Shown here in pieces: positions 58,408 to 64,000 of a stretch of DNA of 64,000 nucleotides. The stretch's first letter is position 1. The number at the start of each line of letters is the position of its first letter. Position numbers and translations under genes: made by a program. The stretch is from Steroidobacteraceae bacterium (GTDB taxonomy: Bacteria; Pseudomonadota; Gammaproteobacteria; Steroidobacterales; Steroidobacteraceae). The DNA lies in the NCBI GenBank assembly GCA_035250905.1, contig DATFEQ010000043.1:9598-73597 (forward strand), read 5' to 3'. Under the pieces are notes generated by a model that saw only the letters and a program-made list of their open reading frames with translations, searched no databases and was not told the DNA's origin.

Positions 58408-59918
58408 TGGCACACGACCTGGTGCACAACGGCGCAAGCCTGGCGGAACTGCTGAATGGAATCGCGAGCGTGCAGCCCGACGTGGTCGTCACCGATATCA
58501 CGCTCGACAGCCGCGCCGTCACACCCGGTGCCGCGTTCTTCGCTTGCCAGGGCATCTCGAGCCACGGCTTGAAGTATCTCGATCGCGCGCTGGCCGCTGG
58601 AGCGCGTGCGGTACTGTGGGAACCGGACCCGGGCATCGACGCCCCGCGTCTGCCCGCCGACATCGTTGGCATCGCGATCCCCGATCTGCGCTCGCATCTC
58701 GGGCTCATCGCCAACCGCTTTTTTGCCGCGCCTTCGGCGCAGATCCGCGTCGCCGGCATCACCGGCACCAACGGCAAGACGACCTGCTGCTGGTTGCTCG
58801 CGCAGGCGCTCGAGTCGAGCGGGCGGCGTGCCGCATACGCGGGCACGTTGGGCGTGGGCTCGCCGGCGGCCCTCAAGCGCACCACGCACACCACACCTGA
58901 CGTCGTCAGTGTGCACCGCGAGCTCGCCGACCTGCATGGGCAGGGGGTGCGCTACCTCGGCATGGAGGTGTCTTCGCACGCGCTCGCGCAGGGGCGCGTG
59001 GACGGCGTGCATTTCGACGCGGCGGTGTTCACGAATCTGAGCCGCGACCATCTCGACTATCACAAGACGATGGACGCCTACGCCGAGGTGAAGGCACGCC
59101 TGCTGACCTGGCCCGACATTCGCTACCGCATCATCAACCTGGGCGACCCCGCCGGACGGCGGCTCGCGCAGGCGCTGGCGCCCGATGTGCCGCTCACGGC
59201 CGTCTGGACCGGCATCGGCGAGTACCGCGAGTCGAGCGACACCTTTGTGCAAGCACGACGCGTGCTGGCTTCGAACGGCGGGCTCGCGGTCGAATTCGAT
59301 TCGAGCTGGGGTACGGGGCGCATTCATTCGCGGCTCATCGGCGATTTCAATGCCGAGAACCTGATCGCCGTGCTCGCGGTACTCCTCAACTGGGAATTGC
59401 CGCTGCGCGAAGCGATCGCCGCTCTCGACACCGCTGTGGCGCCCGCGGGGCGGATGGAGACCTTCCGCGGACGAGCAGGGCAGCCGCTCGCCGTGGTCGA
59501 CTACGCGCACTCGCCCGATGCGCTCGGCAAAGCGCTGCGCGCCGCGCGCCGGCATTGCCGCGGCCGCCTGTGGTGCGTGTTCGGCTGCGGCGGCGATCGC
59601 GATCCCGGCAAGCGTCCGATGATGGGCGCCATCGCCGCGGAGCTCGCCGATGAAATCATTCTCACGGACGACAATCCGCGCACCGAGGATCCGCAAGCCG
59701 TCATCGATGCGATCATCGAGGGCATTCTCTCGGGCGAACCCGTGCGAGTCATTCGCGAGCGCGCGCGCGCCATCGCCACGGCGATCGGCGAGGCCGGCGG
59801 CGACGACATCGTGGTCATTGCGGGCAAGGGCCACGAGGACTATCAGATCTACGGCACGACGTCGCAGCCCTTCAGCGACCGCGAGGAGGTGCAACGGCTC
59901 CTCGGAGGCACCGCATGA
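58404..59918 (+). CDS. murE: UDP-N-acetylmuramoyl-L-alanyl-D-glutamate--2,6-diaminopimelate ligase
   Basis: GITGTNGKTT P-loop and the DNPR motif (LTDDNPRTEDP), which indicates meso-DAP specificity. Confidence 0.95.
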   Translation: MMAHDLVHNGASLAELLNGIASVQPDVVVTDITLDSRAVTPGAAFFACQGISSHGLKYLDRALAAGARAVLWEPDPGIDAPRLPADIVGIAIPDLRSHLGLIANRFFAAPSAQIRVAGITGTNGKTTCCWLLAQALESSGRRAAYAGTLGVGSPAALKRTTHTTPDVVSVHRELADLHGQGVRYLGMEVSSHALAQGRVDGVHFDAAVFTNLSRDHLDYHKTMDAYAEVKARLLTWPDIRYRIINLGDPAGRRLAQALAPDVPLTAVWTGIGEYRESSDTFVQARRVLASNGGLAVEFDSSWGTGRIHSRLIGDFNAENLIAVLAVLLNWELPLREAIAALDTAVAPAGRMETFRGRAGQPLAVVDYAHSPDALGKALRAARRHCRGRLWCVFGCGGDRDPGKRPMMGAIAAELADEIILTDDNPRTEDPQAVIDAIIEGILSGEPVRVIRERARAIATAIGEAGGDDIVVIAGKGHEDYQIYGTTSQPFSDREEVQRLLGGTA

Positions 59919-61285
59919 AGCGAACGCTCGCGGCCGTGGCGGCGGCTTGCGGGGGGTTCCTGCAAGGACAGGATCGCGAGTACGGCGCGGTCTCGAGCGA
60001 CTCGCGCACGCTCAAGGCGGGCGACCTGTTCGTGGCGATCAAGGGGCCGCGCTACGACGGCCATGACTTCCTCGAAGCCTGCCAGCGCAACGGCGCGGCC
60101 GGCGCGATCGTGTCGCAACCGCTCGCGATCATGCTGCCGCAGGTCGTGGTCAAGGACACGTTGAGCGCTCTCGCCGCCCTCGCGAACGCCTGGCGCCTGC
60201 AGTTCGATATCCCGCTCGTCGGTGTCGCCGGCAGCAACGGCAAGACGACGGTCAAGGAGATGACCGCCGCCATCCTGGGGCGTCTGGGGCCCTGCCTCGC
60301 GACGCTCGGCAATCTGAACAACCACATCGGCGTGCCGCTCACGCTGATGCGCCTCGAGGGCCTGCATCGCACCGCGGTGATCGAGATGGGCGCGAATCGC
60401 CTGGGCGACGTGGCCGCGCTCGCAGCGATTGCGCAGCCCACGGTCGGACTCATCACCAACGCCGGCGCCGAGCACCTGGAAGGCTTCGGGAGCCTCGACG
60501 GCGTAGCGCACGGCGAGGGCGAGATGGTGGCCTCTCTCGACCGGCACGCCACCGCGGTGATCAACGCTGACGACGTTTACGCGCCGCTGTGGCAGCGAAT
60601 GTCGAAGGCCGGTCGCACCGTGACTTTCGGCCTCGCGCGTCACGCCGAAGTGCGCGCCGCAGAGGTCGAACAGTCAGTGACTGCGGAAGGGTTCGCACTG
60701 CGCTTCGAGCTCGTGGCGGGTGCGGAGCGCTGCCCGATCCAGCTGCGACTCGCGGGTCGCCACAACGTGATCAACGCACTCGCCGCGGCAGGGGCGGCAC
60801 GCGCCGCGGGTGCATCGCTCGACGTGATTGCCGCGGGACTTGGCACGGTGCGCGCAGTCAAGGGCCGGCTACAGCGTATCGCCGCGCCGAACGGCTCGTG
60901 GCTGATCGACGATTCCTACAACGCCAATCCGAGCTCGCTGCGCGCCGCGCTCGAGCTGCTGCACGACCTCGAGGGCGCGAAGTGGCTGGTGCTCGCCGAC
61001 ATGGGCGAGCTCGGCGAATTTTCACAGCAGAGTCACGTAGAGGCGGGAGCGCTGGCGCGTGCGAGCGGCGTGAGCCGCCTGTTTGCCGCTGGAGCGATGA
61101 GCGCGCACGCCGCGGAAGCTTTCGGCCGCGGTGCCGAGTGGTTTCCGGACGTGGACGCGCTCATCCGTCGCGTGGCCGCGGAGCTGGGATCCGACACCAC
61201 CGTATTGATCAAGGGTTCGCGCATGAACCGACTGGAACGCGTCGTCGAAGCCCTGGCCGCTGGACCGACGGCCAAGGCGAGCTGA
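59915..61285 (+). CDS. murF: UDP-N-acetylmuramoyl-tripeptide--D-alanyl-D-alanine ligase
   Basis: [11 protein letters not shown]-loop, Mur-ligase fold and its position in the dcw cluster. Confidence 0.95.
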   Translation: MKRTLAAVAAACGGFLQGQDREYGAVSSDSRTLKAGDLFVAIKGPRYDGHDFLEACQRNGAAGAIVSQPLAIMLPQVVVKDTLSALAALANAWRLQFDIPLVGVAGSNGKTTVKEMTAAILGRLGPCLATLGNLNNHIGVPLTLMRLEGLHRTAVIEMGANRLGDVAALAAIAQPTVGLITNAGAEHLEGFGSLDGVAHGEGEMVASLDRHATAVINADDVYAPLWQRMSKAGRTVTFGLARHAEVRAAEVEQSVTAEGFALRFELVAGAERCPIQLRLAGRHNVINALAAAGAARAAGASLDVIAAGLGTVRAVKGRLQRIAAPNGSWLIDDSYNANPSSLRAALELLHDLEGAKWLVLADMGELGEFSQQSHVEAGALARASGVSRLFAAGAMSAHAAEAFGRGAEWFPDVDALIRRVAAELGSDTTVLIKGSRMNRLERVVEALAAGPTAKAS

Positions 61286-61298
61286 GGAGAACGGGCGC

Positions 61299-62381
61299 AT
61301 GCTGCTGCTGCTTGCCGAATACCTGACGCGTTTCCAGTCCGGCTTCAACGTCTTCAGCTACCTGACGCTGCGCGCGATCCTGTCGGTGATCACGGCGCTC
61401 GCGATCGCGCTCGTGGTCGGACCGGCGTTGATCCGGCGGCTGTCGCGCCACCAGATCGGCCAGCGGGTGCGCGACGACGGCCCACAATCGCACCTGCCGA
61501 AAGCCGGGACGCCCACGATGGGCGGTGCGCTCATCCTGGTCGCCGTCGCCGTGAGCACCCTGCTGTGGGCCGACGTACGCAGCCGCTTCGTCTGGGTCGC
61601 GCTCGGGGTCACCGTGGCGTTCGGCTTGATCGGCTTCTACGACGACTACCTCAAGCTGATCGTCGGCAACTCGAAGGGGCTCGCGCCGCGCTACAAGTAT
61701 TTCTGGCAATCGTTGGCGGGGCTGGCCGCGGCGTTCGCCCTCTATTTCACGGCCCAGACCCCCGCGGAGACCACGCTGTTCGTGCCGTTCTTCAAGAACG
61801 TCGCGGTGCCGCTGGGTGCGGGCTTCGTCGCGCTCACCTACTTCGTCATCGTCGGCACCAGCAACGCGGTCAACCTCACCGACGGGCTCGACGGCCTCGC
61901 GATCATGCCCGCGGCCATGGTGGCGGGCGCGCTCGGCGTGTTCGCGTATCTCACCGGCAACGTCGTGTTCTCGGGCTATCTCGGCATTCCCTACATCGCG
62001 GGCGTCGGCGAGCTCCTGATCTTCTGCGCGACGATCGTGGGCGCGGGCCTGGGTTTCCTGTGGTTCAACGCGTATCCCGCCCAGGTGTTCATGGGCGACA
62101 TCGGCGCGCTCGCGCTCGGTGCCGCACTCGGCGTGGTCGCCGTGATGGTGCGCCAGGAGATCGTGCTGGTCGTGATGGGCGGCGTGTTCGTGCTCGAGAC
62201 GGTGTCCGTGATCCTGCAGGTCGCCTCCTACAAGCTCACCGGCAAGCGCATTTTCCGCATGGCGCCGATCCATCACCACTTCGAGCTCAAGGGCTGGGCG
62301 GAACCCAAGGTGATCGTGCGCTTCTGGATCATCAGCCTGATCCTGGTGCTCGCCGGCCTCGGGACTCTCAAGCTGCGATGA
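61299..62381 (+). CDS. mraY: Phospho-N-acetylmuramoyl-pentapeptide transferase
   Basis: [22 protein letters not shown] and HHHFEL motifs. 10-TM topology. Confidence 0.95.
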   Translation: MLLLLAEYLTRFQSGFNVFSYLTLRAILSVITALAIALVVGPALIRRLSRHQIGQRVRDDGPQSHLPKAGTPTMGGALILVAVAVSTLLWADVRSRFVWVALGVTVAFGLIGFYDDYLKLIVGNSKGLAPRYKYFWQSLAGLAAAFALYFTAQTPAETTLFVPFFKNVAVPLGAGFVALTYFVIVGTSNAVNLTDGLDGLAIMPAAMVAGALGVFAYLTGNVVFSGYLGIPYIAGVGELLIFCATIVGAGLGFLWFNAYPAQVFMGDIGALALGAALGVVAVMVRQEIVLVVMGGVFVLETVSVILQVASYKLTGKRIFRMAPIHHHFELKGWAEPKVIVRFWIISLILVLAGLGTLKLR

Positions 62382-63742
62382 ATGCCGTGAGAAAGCCGTC
62401 GGCCACCCACAAGCCGCTCGCCCGGCGCACGGTCATCGTCGGGCTCGGTCGCACAGGGCTCTCGTGCGCGCGCTACCTGAGCGCGCGCGGTGCGCGCATT
62501 GCCATCACCGACACACGCCGCGATCCGCCCGAGCTGGGGAATCTGGGCGCGCTCGCGCAGAGCGTGGAGCTGCGGCTCGGCGGCCTCGACCAGCAGTTGC
62601 TCGCCGACGCGGCGCAGATCGTCGTCTCTCCGGGCGTGGCGCTCACCGAGCCGTTCCTGCGCGAAGCGCAGGCGCGTGGCATCGAGATCGTCGGCGACGT
62701 CGAGCTATTTGCGCGCGCCGCGCAGGCGCCGGTCATCGCGGTCACGGGTACGAACGGCAAGAGCACGGTGACCACGCTGGTCGCCGAGATGGTGCAGGCG
62801 GCAGGTCTCACGGTACGCGCCGGCGGCAACCTCGGCGAGCCTGCGCTCAACCTGCTCGCCGGAACGGAGCCCGACTTTTACGTGCTGGAGCTTTCCAGTT
62901 TTCAGCTGGAGACCACGCACTCGCTCGCATTGCGCGCGGCCGCGGTCTTGAACGTCAGCGCCGATCACCTCGATCGGTACGTGCGGCTCGCGGACTATGC
63001 CACCGCCAAGGCGCGCATCTTCGCGCACTGCGACGTGGCGGTGGTGAATCTCGACGACGAACTGGTGCGCGCCATGCCGCGAGCCGGGCAAGCCGTCATC
63101 GGTTTCAGCATCGACCCGCAGCGCCGCGCGCAGTTTGGCCTGGTGCGCCCAGGTGGGCGGGCAAGTCTCGCCCGCGCCGGGCAGCCACTGCTCGCACTCG
63201 ACGAGATGCGCCTCACCGGCCTGCACAACGCCGCCAACGCGCTGGCCGCGCTCGCCCTGTGCGAGGCTCTCGGTTTGCCGCGCGAACCGCAGCTCGGGAT
63301 CCTGCGCACCTTCACCGGTTTGCCGCATCGCATGCAGTGGGTCGCGGACCTCGCCGGCGTGCGCTGGATCAACGACTCGAAAGGCACCAACGTCGGCGCG
63401 ACGCTCGCCGCCGTGGGCGGCATGGAAGGGCCGCTGATCGTCATCGCCGGCGGCGACGGCAAGAACCAGGACTTTGCGACCCTCGCGGAGGCCTTCCGCG
63501 ACAAGGTGCGCGCCGCCGTGCTGATCGGTCGTGACGCACCAACGCTCGCGCGCGTGCTCGAGCCCGTGTGCGCGATTGACCGCGCGTCGAGCCTCGAGGA
63601 GGCAGTGCGCCTCGCCGCCGCGCGCGCTCGCCCCGGCGACACTGTCCTGCTGTCGCCCGCCTGCGCGAGCCTCGACATGTTCCGCGACTACACCCACCGG
63701 GGCGCGGTGTTCGCGGCCGCGGTGCGCGAGCTCGCCCGATGA
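62378..63742 (+). CDS. murD: UDP-N-acetylmuramoylalanine--D-glutamate ligase
   Basis: From ATG 62378 (ATGA overlap with mraY). [11 protein letters not shown] Rossmann start and GTNGKST P-loop. Confidence 0.95.
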   Translation: MNAVRKPSATHKPLARRTVIVGLGRTGLSCARYLSARGARIAITDTRRDPPELGNLGALAQSVELRLGGLDQQLLADAAQIVVSPGVALTEPFLREAQARGIEIVGDVELFARAAQAPVIAVTGTNGKSTVTTLVAEMVQAAGLTVRAGGNLGEPALNLLAGTEPDFYVLELSSFQLETTHSLALRAAAVLNVSADHLDRYVRLADYATAKARIFAHCDVAVVNLDDELVRAMPRAGQAVIGFSIDPQRRAQFGLVRPGGRASLARAGQPLLALDEMRLTGLHNAANALAALALCEALGLPREPQLGILRTFTGLPHRMQWVADLAGVRWINDSKGTNVGATLAAVGGMEGPLIVIAGGDGKNQDFATLAEAFRDKVRAAVLIGRDAPTLARVLEPVCAIDRASSLEEAVRLAAARARPGDTVLLSPACASLDMFRDYTHRGAVFAAAVRELAR

Positions 63743-64000
63743 ATGCAACGACCTTTCAATTCTCGCGTTCGATGGGGCGACCCGCGCGACTCATCGTCGA
63801 CCCCCTGCTCGTGTCCGCAGCGCTGGCGCTGCTGCTGATCGGTCTCGTCATGGTGACCTCGGCCTCGATGTCGATCGCGGATCGCGCGATCGGATCGCCC
63901 TTCGCGTATCTCGAACGTCAGCTGTTGTTCGCGCTGGTGGGCGCTCTCTGCGCGCTGGTCGCCTTTATCGTTCCGAGCGCCTTGTGGCAGCGTCTCAGCG
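63739..64000 (+). CDS. ftsW: Peptidoglycan glycosyltransferase FtsW, N-terminal part (3' end lies outside the window)
   Basis: Hand-translated from ATG 63739 (ATGA overlap with murD): [44 protein letters not shown]... It has the SEDS-type TM start and the expected dcw position. Confidence 0.85.
   Translation, partial: MNATTFQFSRSMGRPARLIVDPLLVSAALALLLIGLVMVTSASMSIADRAIGSPFAYLERQLLFALVGALCALVAFIVPSALWQRLS

Noticed and set aside
58275-59894. 539-aa minus-strand ORF. Similar long antisense ORFs occur at 28960-30075, 61209-62279, 62705-63748, 26744-28081, 47591-49228 and 36795-38084.
   Set aside because: All lie opposite strongly supported conserved genes (murE, pgk, mraY, murD, tkt, petB and patatin, in that order). 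They have Arg/Ala/His/Asp-rich shadow-frame composition with no motifs.

Overview
High-GC (roughly two-thirds G+C by eye, not computed), densely packed chromosomal core region of a gammaproteobacterial type. Gene order resembles the Pseudomonas/Xanthomonas layout. I support about 66 protein genes, RNase P RNA and one riboswitch. Blocks, in order: glnE 3' end; LPS inner-core genes (GT9 heptosyltransferase, kdkA, waaA); tolC with a pcm-like methyltransferase and a rhodanese; a PAS-GGDEF-EAL protein; a pyrophosphate module (pfp, hppA); adk, rnd, mpl; a small mixed block (LON-domain protein, CPBP protease, orphan HTH-like protein, macro domain, rubredoxin, GumN/TraB, cpdA); the methyl cycle (ahcY with SAH riboswitch, metK); tkt-gap-pgk-pyk; an Ntn acylase plus a MoxR/VWA pair; bcp and a patatin; the rpoN cluster (kdsD-kdsC-lptC-lptA-lptB-rpoN-hpf-rapZ); ibaG-murA; degS; the cytochrome bc1 genes petABC; sspAB; yraN-lpoA; rsmI; rnpB; and the dcw cluster from mraZ to ftsW. 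I saw no rRNA, tRNA, CRISPR array, transposase, integrase, phage or recognisable defence genes. I cannot point to a convincing new multi-gene system. The most unusual signals are non-coding or domain-level. (1) A roughly 250-bp nested palindrome with perfect 30-bp terminal inverted repeats lies in the pfp/adk spacer. (2) Adk carries a 68-residue polybasic C-terminal tail. (3) The rnpB-mraZ spacer holds a perfect CRP-type palindrome next to a consensus sigma-54 -24/-12 element, upstream of the normal Pmra promoter and MraZ boxes. (4) The rpoN cluster lacks ptsN and npr. All calls rest on motif recognition by eye; no searches were run.
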